From the human T2T-CHM13v2.0 reference genome, Homo sapiens, in the NCBI RefSeq assembly GCF_009914755.1, contig NC_060932.1: 64,000 bases of DNA. The stretch is one strand, 5' to 3'. Below, in pieces: positions 1 to 19,357 of this stretch (position 1 is its first letter; the number at the start of each line of letters is the position of its first letter). A program made the translations under genes and the position numbers. A model generated the notes under the pieces. That model saw only the letters and a program-made list of their open reading frames with translations, made no database searches and had not been told where the DNA came from.

Positions 1-1992
1 GCATGGAGGCTGAAACCATGTGGCTCTAACTCCAGTTTTCTCACAATCTCTTGCCCTGGAACCCACAGGCTCCCTAAGATCTGTTGGCTCGAATGTGAAC
101 ACCTGGATGCACTATCCCAGTATCTGCTGGGGTTTCCTTGGTGGGTACCACTCTGTGGAGCCACCCACACTCCTTTAACTGCTGTCCATGATTATCTCCC
201 AAGAGCAGCTCTGTTCCAAACAAGTAGCATTTCTACATTCTTCTACATCTTCCCATCTCTCTGTCTATACATGTCCACAGCTTTCAAATCTTGGCTAAAC
301 ATCATTTGCCTTCAGGAAGCCTCCCTTGACCAACTTCAACCCCAGCAGCATCTCCAGCAGCCTCTGTGCCTAGACCAGGGACTGGGAAGTGAGGGCATGG
401 AGGAAGCGCTCATTGCAGAGTCTTCTGGAGAGATCCTGGGATTAGAAATGGGCTCCAAGGCTTGTTGTCATGACTGTGTTCCACAGCCTCATTAGGAGGT
501 CTTGGTGCTCTCCCCAGCTGTCCAAGTAGGTCCAGCTGAGGATACGAGCTGGTCTCCACATCTCCTGAGGCAGCCTCCCCCTTGGCCTGTGGCAGCCACG
601 GTCCTGCTGTTAGGTGCTCGCCATGTGTGCCAACCAGTTCCCTGGAATGAGACGCTGGTTGGATAGGCGATGACGGTTGTCAGTGTCGTGAAGTTCAGTA
701 CCAGCTCTTGTCTCCCACTCTCTACACTGATTCAGTTCGATTACTCTGGACCTGATGTTTTGCCGTGTGCTGGAGAGAGAGGCAAGTTAGACACAGTCTG
801 CCCTCATAGGAGGTGGGGTGCAAAAGGATAGTGATCTGGAAACTTTGGGGACTCAGGAATTCTATAGTGGGGCCTCTGATCAGCCAGAAGCAGCAAGAAA
901 GAGGAAGAGGATGGTGAAAAGGCACCAAGGGGGGTGGAGCCAAGATGGCTACATAGGAACAGCTCCGGTCTACAGCTCCCAGCATGAGCAATGCAGACGA
1001 CGGTTGATTTCTGTATTTCCATCTGAGGTACCGGGTTCATCTCACTAGGGAGTGCCAGACAGTGGGTGCAGGACAGTAGGTGCAGTGCACCCTGCGCAAG
1101 CTGAAGCAGGGCGAGGCATTGCCTCACTCGGGAAGCGCAAGGGGTCAGGGAGTTCCCTTTCCTAGTCAAAGAAAGGGGTGACAGACGGCACCTGGAAAAT
1201 CCCACCCTAATACTGTGCTTTTCCAATGGGCTTAAAAAATGGCACACCAGGAGATTATATCCCGCACCTGGCTCGGAGGGTCCTACGCGCATGGAGTCTC
1301 GCTGATTGCTAGCACAGCAGTCTGAGATCAAACTGCAAGGCGGCAGCGATGCTGGGGGAGGGGCACCTGCAAGCTGGGGGAGGGGCACCTGCAATTGCCC
1401 AGGCTTGATTAGGCAAACAAAGCAGCTGGGAAGCTCGAACTGGGTGGAGCCTACCACAGCTCAAGGAGACCTGCCTGCCTGCCTCTGTAGGCTCCACCTC
1501 TGGGGGCAGGGCACAGACAAACAAAAAGACAGCAGTAACCTCTGCAGACTTAAATGTCCCTGTCTGACAGCTTTGAAGAGAGCAGTGGTTCTCCCAGCAC
1601 GCAGCTGGAGATCTGAGAATGGGCAGACTGCCTCCTCAAGCGGGTCCTTGACCCCCAAGCAGCCTAACTGGGAGGCACCCCCCAGCAGGGGCAGACTGAC
1701 ATCTCATATGTCCGGGTACTCCTCTGAGACAAAACTTTCAGAGGAACGATCAGGCAGCAGCACTTGCGGTTCACCAATATCCGCTGTTCTACAGCCACCG
1801 CTGTTCTGCAGCCACCGCTGCTGATACCCAGGCAAACAGGGTCTGGAGTGGACTTCTAGCAAACTCCAACAGACCTGCAGCTGAGGGTCCTATCTGTTAG
1901 AAGGAAAACTAACAAACAGAAAGGACATCCACACCAAAAACCCTTCTGTACGTCACCATCATCAAAGACCAAAAGTAGATAAAGCCACAAAG

Positions 1993-3008
1993 ATGGGGAA
2001 AAAACAGAGCAGAAAAACTGGCAACTCTAAAAAGCAGAGCACCTCTCCTCCTCCAAAGGAATGCAGCTCCTCATCAGCAATGGAACAAAGCTGGATGGGG
2101 AATGACTTTGACGAGCTGAGAGAAGAAGGCTTCAGACGATCAAACTACTCCGAGCTACAGGAGGAAATTCAAACCAATGGTAGAGAAGTTAAAAACTTTG
2201 AAAAAAAATTAGACGAATGGATAACTAGAATAACCAATGCAGAGAAGTCCTTAAAGGAGCTGATGGAGCTGAAAGCCAAGGCTCGAGAACTACGTGAAGA
2301 ATGCAGAAGCCTCAGGAGCCAATGCAATCAACTGGAAGAAAGGGTATCAGCAATGGAAGATGAAATGAATGAAATGAAGCGAGAAGGGAAGTTTACAGAA
2401 AAAAGAATAAGAAGAAACAAACAAAGCCTCCAAGAAATATGGGACTATGTGAAAAGACCAAATCCATGTCTGATTGGTGTACCTGAAAGTGATGGGGAGA
2501 ATGGAACCAAGTTGGAAAACACTCTGCAGGATATTATCCAGAGAACTTCCCCAATCTAGCAAGGCAGGCCAACGTTCAGATTCAGGAAATACAGAGAACG
2601 TCACAAAGATACTCCTCGAGAAGAGCAACTCCAAGACACATAATTGTCAGATTCACCAAAGTTGAAATGAAGGAAAAAATGTTAAGGGCAGCCAGAGAGA
2701 AAGGTCGGGTTACCCTCAAAGGGAAGCCCATCAGACTAACAGCTGATCTCTCGGCAGAAACCCTACAAGCCAGAAGAGAGTGGGGGCCAATATTCAACAT
2801 CCTTAAAGAAAAGAATTTTCAACCCAGAATTTCATGTCCAGCCAAACTAAGCTTCATAAGTGAAGGAGAAATAAAATACTTTACAGACAAGCAAATGCTG
2901 AGAGATTTTGTCACCACCAGGCCTGCCCTAAAAGAGCTCCTGAAGGAAGCGCTAAACATGGAAAGGAACAACCGGTACCAGCCGCTGCAAAATCATGCCA
3001 AAATGTAA
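1993..3008 (+). pseudogene. L1-A ORF1, frameshifted near 2541
   Basis: MGKKQSRK...DIIQ then shifts frame; C-terminal half appears as ORF 2667-3008 (...QNHAKM). Confidence 0.9.
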
Positions 3009-3071
3009 AGACCATCGAGACTAGGAAGAAACTGCATCAACTAATGAGCAAAATAACCAGCTAACATCATA

Positions 3072-6884
<3,813 letters not shown>

Positions 6885-7081
6885 ACAATGAGAACACATG
6901 GACACAGGAAGGGGAATATCACACTCCAGGGACTGTTGTGGGGTGGGGTGAGGGGGGGATAGATAGCATTAGGAAATATACCTAATGCTAAATGAGGAGT
7001 TAATGGGTGCAGCACACCAGCATGGCACATGTATACATATGTAACAAACCTGCACATTGTGCACATGTACCCTAAAACTTA

Positions 7082-7116
<35 letters not shown>

Positions 7117-8853
7117 TAAAGAAAAGGCACCAAGATGAACATCACCTGCTTGATCCCTGGCAGCAAACACCCCTCATAGACCACTGAGGAAAGAACTTGA
7201 TTTCTGTTCTGCCATGGGTTGTAGGTGTAAGCTACTTTGTAATTGTTTTCAAGGCATTGGCTGTGAGCTTGGGTTTCCTACTTCTTTGCTAATAACCCCG
7301 ACCATCTCCACCCCCACGCCTACCTCCAAGATTGTATATAGTGCTTGGTTCTATGTTCGGCTGCCACTAAACACTGAACAGGAACCAAATAAAGTGATTA
7401 AATACTGGTATTGGAAAAAAAAATACATCTTGAGACAGTGTCTTTACCTGTCTGTCTTCATGAGGATTATGTATTGGTAGCAGAGGTGAGTATTTAATAA
7501 GAGTTAGAAGGCCCCACTACCCCTGCATTTTGAAGTATTTTCACCATTTCTTTTAAGGAACTATACAATGTCAGCCATTTCCTGGAAAAGTGTTAGAAAA
7601 AAAGTCATGAAATAAGGCTGGGATGCTCTCAGAATAATCATTGTGTGCATTCCCAAGGGTGTCTGGGACCATACATTTTATGTTAGCACCCAGTACAGCA
7701 AGTGCCCAGGACCTAAGTCCTGGACATGTGGTCAGCGTTCACTGTAGATAACCCTGCTTGAAATGAATAGATCATTGGTGATACCCTCAGCCTGAACATC
7801 TTTCCCTATGCAATAATCTGTCTTAGGTGGATTTGATTGATATTCTACTGACTTACAAAACATAAGACTCAACATTTTTTTCTCTGTTTCTTCGGCCACC
7901 TCAAAAACCAGAAAATTTCAGTAAAGTGTTCAGCACACTTCCGGCGAAGACAAGCGAGGGAAGAGAAGGAGGTCCGGAATAGGAACAGCTCCAGTCTACA
8001 GCTCCCAGCGTGAGCGACGCAGAAGACGGGTGATTTCTGCATTTCCATCTGAGGTACTGGGTTCATCTCACTAGGGAGTGCCAGGCAGTGGGCGCAGGTC
8101 AGTGGGTGCGCGCACCGTGTGCGAGCCAAAGCAGGGCGAGGCATTGCCTCACTTGGGAAGCGCAAGGGGTCAGGGAGTTCCCTTTCCTAGTCAAAGAAAG
8201 GGGTGACGGAAGAACCTGGAAAATCGGGTCACTCCCACCCGAACACTGCGCTTTTCCGACGGGCTTAAAAAATGGCGCACCACGAGATTATATCCCGCAC
8301 CTGGCTCGGAGGGTCCTACGCCCACGGAGTCTCGCTGATTGCTAGCACAGCAGTCTGAGATCAAACTGCAAGGTGGCAGCGAGGCTGGGGAGGGGCGCCC
8401 GCCATTGCCCAGGCTTGCTTAGGTAAACAAAACAGCCGGGAAGCTCGAACTGGGTGGAGCCCACCACAGCTCAAGGAGGCCTGCCTGCCTCTGTAGGCTC
8501 CACCTCTGGGGGCAGGGCACAGACAAACAAAAAGACAGCAGTAACCTCTGCAGACTTAAATGTCCCTGTCTGACAGCTTTGAAGAGAGCAGTGGTTCTCC
8601 CAGCACACAGCTGGAGATCTGAGAACGGGCAGACTGCCTCCTCAAGCGGGTCCTTGACCCCCAAGCAGCCTAACTGGGAGGCACCCCCCAGCAGGGGCAC
8701 ACTGACACCTCACACGGCAGGGTATTCCAACAGACCTGCAGCTGAGGGTCCTGTCTGTTAGAAGGAAAACTAACAAACAGAAAGGACATCCACACCAAAA
8801 ACCCATCTGTACATCACCATCATCAGAGACCAAAAGTAGATAAAACCACAAAG

Positions 8854-9870
8854 ATGGGGAAAAAACAGAACAGAAAAACTGGAAACTCTAAAAAGCAGAG
8901 CGCCTCTCCTCCTCCAAAGGAACGCAGTTCCTCACCAGCAACGGAACAAAGCTGGATGGAGAATGACTTTGACGAGCTGAGAGAAGAAGGCTTCAGATGA
9001 TCAAATTACTCTGAGCTACGGGAGGACATTCAAACCAAAGGCAAAGAAGTGGAAAACTTTGAAAAAAATTTAGAAGAATGTATAACTAGAATAACCAATA
9101 CAGAGAAGTGCTTAAAGGAGCTGATGGAGCTGAAAACCAAGGCTCGAGAACTACGTGAAGAATGCAGAAGCCTCAGGAGCCAATGCAATCAACTGGAAGA
9201 AAGGGTATCAGCAATGGAAGATGAAATGAATGAAATGAAGCGAGAAGGGAAGTTTAGAGAAAAAAGAATAAAAAGAAATGAGCAAAGCCTCCAAGAAATA
9301 TGGGACTATGTGAAAAGACCAAATCTACTTCTGATTGGTGTACCTGAAAGTGATGGGGAGAATGGAACCAAGTTGGAAAACACTCTGCAGGATATTATCC
9401 AGGAGAACTTCCCCAATCTAGCAAGGCAGGCCAACGTTCAGATTCAGGAAATACAGAGAACGTCACAAAGATACTCCTCGAGAAGAGCAACTCCAAGACA
9501 CATAATTGTCAGATTCACCAAAGTTGAAATGAAGGAAAAAATGTTAAGGACAGCCAGAGAACAAGGTCAGGTTACCCTCAAAGGGAAGCCCGTCAGACTA
9601 ACAGCTGATCTCTCGGCAGAAACCCTACAAGCCAGAAGAGAGTGGGGGCCAATATTCAACATTCTTAAAGAAAAGAATTTTCAACCCAGAATTTCATGTC
9701 CAGCCAAATTAAGCTTCATAAGTGAAGGAGAAATAAAATACTTTACAGACAAGCAAATGCTGAGAGATTTTGTCACCACCAGGCCTGCCCTAAAAGAGCT
9801 CCTGAAGGAAGCGCTAAACATGGAAAGGAACAACCGGTACCAGCCGCTGCAAAATCATGCCAAAATGTAA
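8854..9870 (+). pseudogene. L1-B ORF1, full length with a nonsense codon at position 49
   Basis: 1017 nt from ATG to TAA; CGA>TGA at 8998-9000. Confidence 0.9.
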
Positions 9871-9933
9871 AGACCATCGAGACTAGGAAGAAACTGCATC
9901 AACTAACGAGCAAAATAACCAGCTAACATCATA

Positions 9934-13760
<3,827 letters not shown>

Positions 13761-13977
13761 ACAATGAGATCACATGGACACAGGAAGGGGAATATCACAC
13801 TCTGGGGACTGTGGTGGGGTGGGGGGAGTGGGGAGGGATAGCATTGGGAGATATACCTAATGCTAGATGACGAGTTAGTGGGTGCAGCGCACCAGCATGG
13901 CACATGTATACATATGTAACTAACCTGCACAATGTGCACATGTACCCTAAAACTTAAAGTATAAAAAAAAAAAAAAA

Positions 13978-14662
13978 GACCTTGTCTTATACCTTAGGAT
14001 CATCACTGCAAAAATAATAAAATCAACTAACATTCAAAAAAAAAAAAAGTCAACACATATATATATATGTGTGAGAGATATATATCATATCTCTCATATC
14101 ACATATTACATATGTGAGAGATATATGATATATATATCATATATGTAAGAGATATGTATCATATTTCTCATATATATATATGATATACATGGTAAAGAGT
14201 GCTCTGCAATTGTTGGATATAATGTTCTATAAGCCAAATTAGGTCAGTTTGGTTAATGTCATTCTAAACTTCTGTATCCTTTTCTTTTGTATGCTTTTTC
14301 TATTAGTTATTGAAATTGGTCATAGCCTATGATTGTAGATTTGTATATGACTCCTTTAGTTCTTTCAACTTTTGCTTTATACAATTAAATTTTGTGCTAA
14401 TTAGGTATTGAAAACTTTGTGATTTTATAGCTTGCTATGGACTTAACCCTTTTATGACTTTGAAATGTACATCTTTATATTTTGCACTTCTACTTAAGAT
14501 CTACTTTTTTCACTATTAATTTAACCATATAATTTTTCTTTTTGTTAATATATGGTAGACTTATTTTTGTCTTTATACTTTTTAACTATGTATTCATACA
14601 TATGCTTACAATGTTACTTCTGTAAACAGAATAAAACTGCATTTTTTTCAAAAAAAAAAAAA
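13978..14662 (+). other. Two serial putative 3' transductions (58 bp + A13; ~600 bp + A13)
   Basis: Each ends in AATAAA (14016-14021; 14630-14635) followed 14 nt later by an A-run. The second contains TA-rich low complexity (~14057-14190) and old antisense L1M-like sequence. Confidence 0.75.
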
Positions 14663-15507
14663 GACATTTATGCAGCCAAAAAACACATGAAAAAATGCTC
14701 ATCATCACTGGCCATCAGAGAAATGCAAATCAAAACCACAATGAGATACCATCTCACACCAGTTAGAATGGCAATCATTAAGAAGTCAGGAAACAACAGG
14801 TGCTGGAGAGGATGTGGAGAAATAGGAACACTTTTACACTGTTGGTGGGACTGTAAACTAGTTCAACCATTGTGGAAGTCAGTGTGGCGATTCCTCAGGG
14901 ATCTAGAACTAGAAATACCATTTGACCCAGCCATCCCATTACTGGGTATATACCCAATGGACTATAAATCATGCTGCTATAAGGACACATGCACACGTAT
15001 GTTTATTGTGGCATTATTCACAATAGCAAAGACTTGGAACCAACCCAAATGTCCAACAATGATAGACTGGATTAAGAAAATGTGGCACATATACACCATT
15101 GAATACTATGCAGCCATAAAAAATGATGAGTTCATGTCCTTTGTAGGGACATGGATGAAACTGGAAACCATCATTCTCAGCAAACTATCGCAAGAACAAA
15201 AAACCAAACACTGCATATTCTCACTCATAGGTGGGAATTGAACAATGAGACCACATGGACACAGGAAGGGGAATATCACACTCTGGGGACTGTGGTGGGG
15301 TGGGGGGAGGGGGAAGGGATAGCATTGGGAGATATACCTAATGCTAGATGACGAGTTAGTGGGTGCAGCGCACCAGCATGGCACATGTATACATATGTAA
15401 CTAACCTGCACAATGTACACATGTACCCTAAAACTTAAAGTATAATAATAAATAAATAAAAAAAAAAGAGAGAACCACCAAAGCAAAAAAAAAAAAAAAA
15501 AAAAAAA
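14663..15507 (+). mobile_element. L1PA2-like 3' fragment (L1-C) with a 17-nt tag and A23 tail
   Basis: ORF2 C-terminus DIYAAKK...IGGN, 3'UTR, A-rich tail, GAGAGAACCACCAAAGC (15468-15484), A-run 15485-15507. Confidence 0.9.
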
Positions 15508-16429
15508 GGGAAGGAGGTCCATTCTTTCAAAGGCAGTTCTTATGCTCTCCTTTCTACCTTGACTGAGAGAACACTTGGACTCTTCCTCAGCTGGTGGGTA
15601 CCGAACTAGGATGTGTGGGGACTCAGTTGGGTTGGGGCAGCAGAACAATGTCCTGAAAATAGGAGCCTCAGGTTTGGAAATTTGCTGAAAATTCCCAGGT
15701 TGCTGGTAGGCAGGCTCCTGATGAGATTGGAGACGCCCAGCCACCTTCTCAGGATCAGACTTGTGTTATTCATGCTCAGGACTCATGGTGTCAGGGCCAT
15801 CACTGGTCCATAGTGGCCAACTGTGTGCAGTAGGAAGACTCCCTCGAGGGCAACTCTGCCCCCACACATGGTCTAGTTGGCCCGTGAAGTTCTCCCACAG
15901 CTAACACTCAAGTTAGCAAGATGGCAGCTCCTTTTCTCTACATTAACGGCCTCCTGTGCTGGAGGCAAGGCCAATGACAGCAACAGCCAACACCATGATT
16001 GGAACTGGCTTTCAGAGTGTAGGCTCTGCCTCATGTCATCTTTTTCACTGAACCTTCTCAGGCTGAGAGGGGTGAAGAGGTTATTTATTTCCTGAAGCTT
16101 ACCCAGATCCCATTGAAGGGGAGGTTGCCTCAGTTTCTCCCTTTATTGTACCTAACATTTGGACTCTAGTTTGAGGAAGGAGAGGATATGGGAAGGAAGT
16201 GTAGACCATGGAGGGAGGGATGTAAGGAAGCCCATATGAAGACCAAGGATGCCTTTGGACAGAACTTTGGGGTCAGCAGCCTCTCTCATCCCCCCTCACA
16301 AACCTTGGTTCCTTGTGTCACTCTAGGCAGGAAAAATACCCAGGAGGAGGCTAGTATCAGAAGCTAGAGCCTCAGTAAGGCACAGATTCAGCTGGGGCAG
16401 CAGTTTAGGCATGAAAATCTCATGAAAAT

Positions 16430-19195
16430 CATGTTAAACCAAAAACATGCTTTAATGCCAGGCAAGAGCTACACAGTCAACTGATTTACGGGCCACTCCA
16501 TAGGCTATGATTTATAAATTATATATTATTAAATCCACCGTGGGCATACAGATGGGATGGGACAGCACCCCCAGCTCCCTCCCACTCTGAATGATGTATG
16601 AACAGTTGAGCACTCTGTAGAATCCTTCAGGTCGTAAGCCACTTTATTCCAGTCCCTTGAACATCACAGGCTGGTTTTATTTGGGACAGAACAGGTTTTA
16701 TTTCCAAAGGTCCCTGAACACAGCAATGACAATGAACAGCCCAGCAGAGGAGTGACATAAACCTTGAGGCATGCAGTCTTCTGGGTGCTGTGGAGTCCCT
16801 TGGCCAAACTTGAGTGCACTGGATTCGACATACAAAGACCTTCCTGGGAAGGAGAAGGAGAAAAACAACCTCCGAGAAAATACAGACAGGGTCAGTGGCA
16901 GGCCAGGACAGGGACTATTTCTATACATTCTGGAAGTGTCGGCATTCATCAGCCTGCATGTGGCTCACTTTTCTTTCTGGAATAGCCGGAGACCTCTACT
17001 CCTCACTCCAGCTCTAGGTTCCAAGGAACAGAGTGGGTCTGGCTCAGCGAGATGTCATGACTAAGGGCAGAGCCCAGGCAGGTTTCTCAAAACATTAACT
17101 GATTCCACCTACCAAAGGAGAATCAAAGGAAGGAACTAGGACTTCGATTCAGAGCAGGGAAAAGTGGGATGCAGCTCCTGAGCACTGCCAATAGGGCATG
17201 CTAGGTCTCCTCACCCAGTCTGCCTTCTGTGTCTTAGGTTAATTCGCTATTTTCCAAACACAGATTTTAACACTTGGCCATGGAGGAATTTGGCAAGTTT
17301 TGGTACAGAACCACTGTGAGGAACTGACCCCTGGAGGAAGACTAGGATTATTTTTACAGAGTCTAGGTCTCAAAATTTCACCCTATGGATTTGGTTCTTT
17401 TTGGTCTACCATACAAATTTGGATTTCTGCTGCCAATTACAGCAGACTCAAGTCATATATAAAAACCTGGAGGTTAGCATGTCTAGTCACATTTTTCTCC
17501 TGGTCATGATGTCTCTCTTTCTGTGGTTCCTCTTCTTTGGCAAGTGGCTTGGCAGCAAATATACCCACTAGGGACCTCTCTGCCTTCTCTTAGTGGCAAG
17601 TTCCCCATCAACAACCTTGAGAATTTGGGCCTCCCTTTGCTAACTACTTGCAAGAGTATGACTCGCCTGTAACCAGCAAATTTTTACTCTTAGCTTTCAA
17701 TTCAAATTAGTGTGTCTGAGGTCACCAGACCAAACAGCAACTCAGACTTGTGCTGTCACTTCTGGAAATAGAAGTCTGCATTCAAAGAGCACGGCAATGG
17801 AAAATACTTTTGGATTCTCCATAGGGGGGCCTTGGAAACCACAGACACACTTGCCCATGTCTTTATGATGAATTTGATGACTGCCCAACCTCTGATTCTT
17901 TAACAGGGGCAGGGAAACTGAATATTCCAGACCTGGCTCCCTAACCATGCACACAGATTAAACCACTGGGAAGTTCCAAGAATGTACGTGATGTTTTTTC
18001 GAGTCTGCAGAGTATTGATCTGCTCAGAAAAGCACCATGCCGCCAGTCTAATGCTGTCAATGGGCTGCTGGGCCTGAGAGGGAAACCACCCTACTGGTCC
18101 CCTGTCATACATGTTAACATTCCTGTGCTCCAATTGTCCTGTCCCACTACCACCTGCTCTGCATCTGCCCTCTAGGCATGGCCACTCTGGAAATGCATTC
18201 AAAATTAAAGTTGGGCCCTAGTCAGGGTTACTTTGTATTTTTATGGAATATATAAAATATACTTGTCGATTGGTACATTTGTGCAAAGACAGATTTGACT
18301 TCCAAACAAGACAGACATTCATTATAGTTGTCTTACTTCACAATAAGCTACTAAAAACAGTCTTCTGGAATAAGATTGTATTAGTGCTCACTAAACATGC
18401 ATTTCATTTAAACAAGGCAAAACACTTAATTTGGTCTGCATTACCCAATATGTTATATACAGCCGTCTTTTTATTTTATCACAATAGGCAACAAGATGGG
18501 TCTGGTTTTGGAATATGTTACCATTTGTGTTTAATTTCCAAAGACACGCATATTAGCTCAACTAGTGTAAACCTGTGAAAAAATAGCTGAGCCATCTTTT
18601 TCCTCTCCTCTGTTAATTTATCTTGAAATGTTCACAGCTTAGAAACTACAGCCTGCTGGGGAAGAGAGGGGAGTGGGCCCCCATGGGGAAATGTCCCAGC
18701 TCGCTGGAATAGCCTCACCCCAGAGGGTAACTTGTTCTTGGGGAATCCAGCATCCGGTGCCATCCATCACCCCTACGGCACGTGTGACAACAGACCCAGG
18801 TGGGGAGTTTTGTCTTTCAAACAAAAGCCCCTTGAAGCTTGCAATAGAATCACAGGACTGGATGGGTTTCCCTTCTTTTGCCCCAACCCCCGAGTCTTAC
18901 GTTTTAGAACAGAGACATTAGAATAAAAAAAAATAATAGTAACGATTAAAAATCATCAAACAATGAACACCACGAAGTCTGTCCATGCTCTCCACAAGCA
19001 CACTGGGGCTCTGGGCATTCCCACGAAGCATCCACGACAAAAGAAGCTGAAGGCGTCACGGAGGAAGGCGCATCAGACCGCACAGGGGACGGCATCACCA
19101 TTGATATTGTTTGGCAAAAAAAAAAAAAAATTGTTAAAAAGAAGAATCAAAAGGGAACACAAGCAGCTCTACAATTCGATTGGTGGGCGCAGGGC
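16430..19195 (-). other. NCALD: NCALD 3'UTR (~2.8 kb; distal end approximate)
   Basis: Apparently repeat-free sequence after the stop codon, ending in a cluster of minus-strand poly(A) signals. Confidence 0.75.
16451..16702 (-). terminator. Polyadenylation signal cluster for NCALD
   Basis: Minus-strand AATAAA at 16697-16702, 16676-16681 and 16643-16648; ATTAAA at 16451-16456. Confidence 0.65.

Positions 19196-19357
<162 letters not shown>

Noticed and set aside
7935-7975. Possible 5' transduction replacing the L1-B start
   Set aside because: 7961-7975 recurs at 15506-15520 as the TSD, so this is target flank.
14057-14190. TA-rich quasi-palindromic tract
   Set aside because: A degenerate (TA)n microsatellite explains the symmetry.
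15106-15744. 212-aa minus-strand ORF
   Set aside because: Runs through A-tails and the antisense L1 3'UTR; no coding signature.
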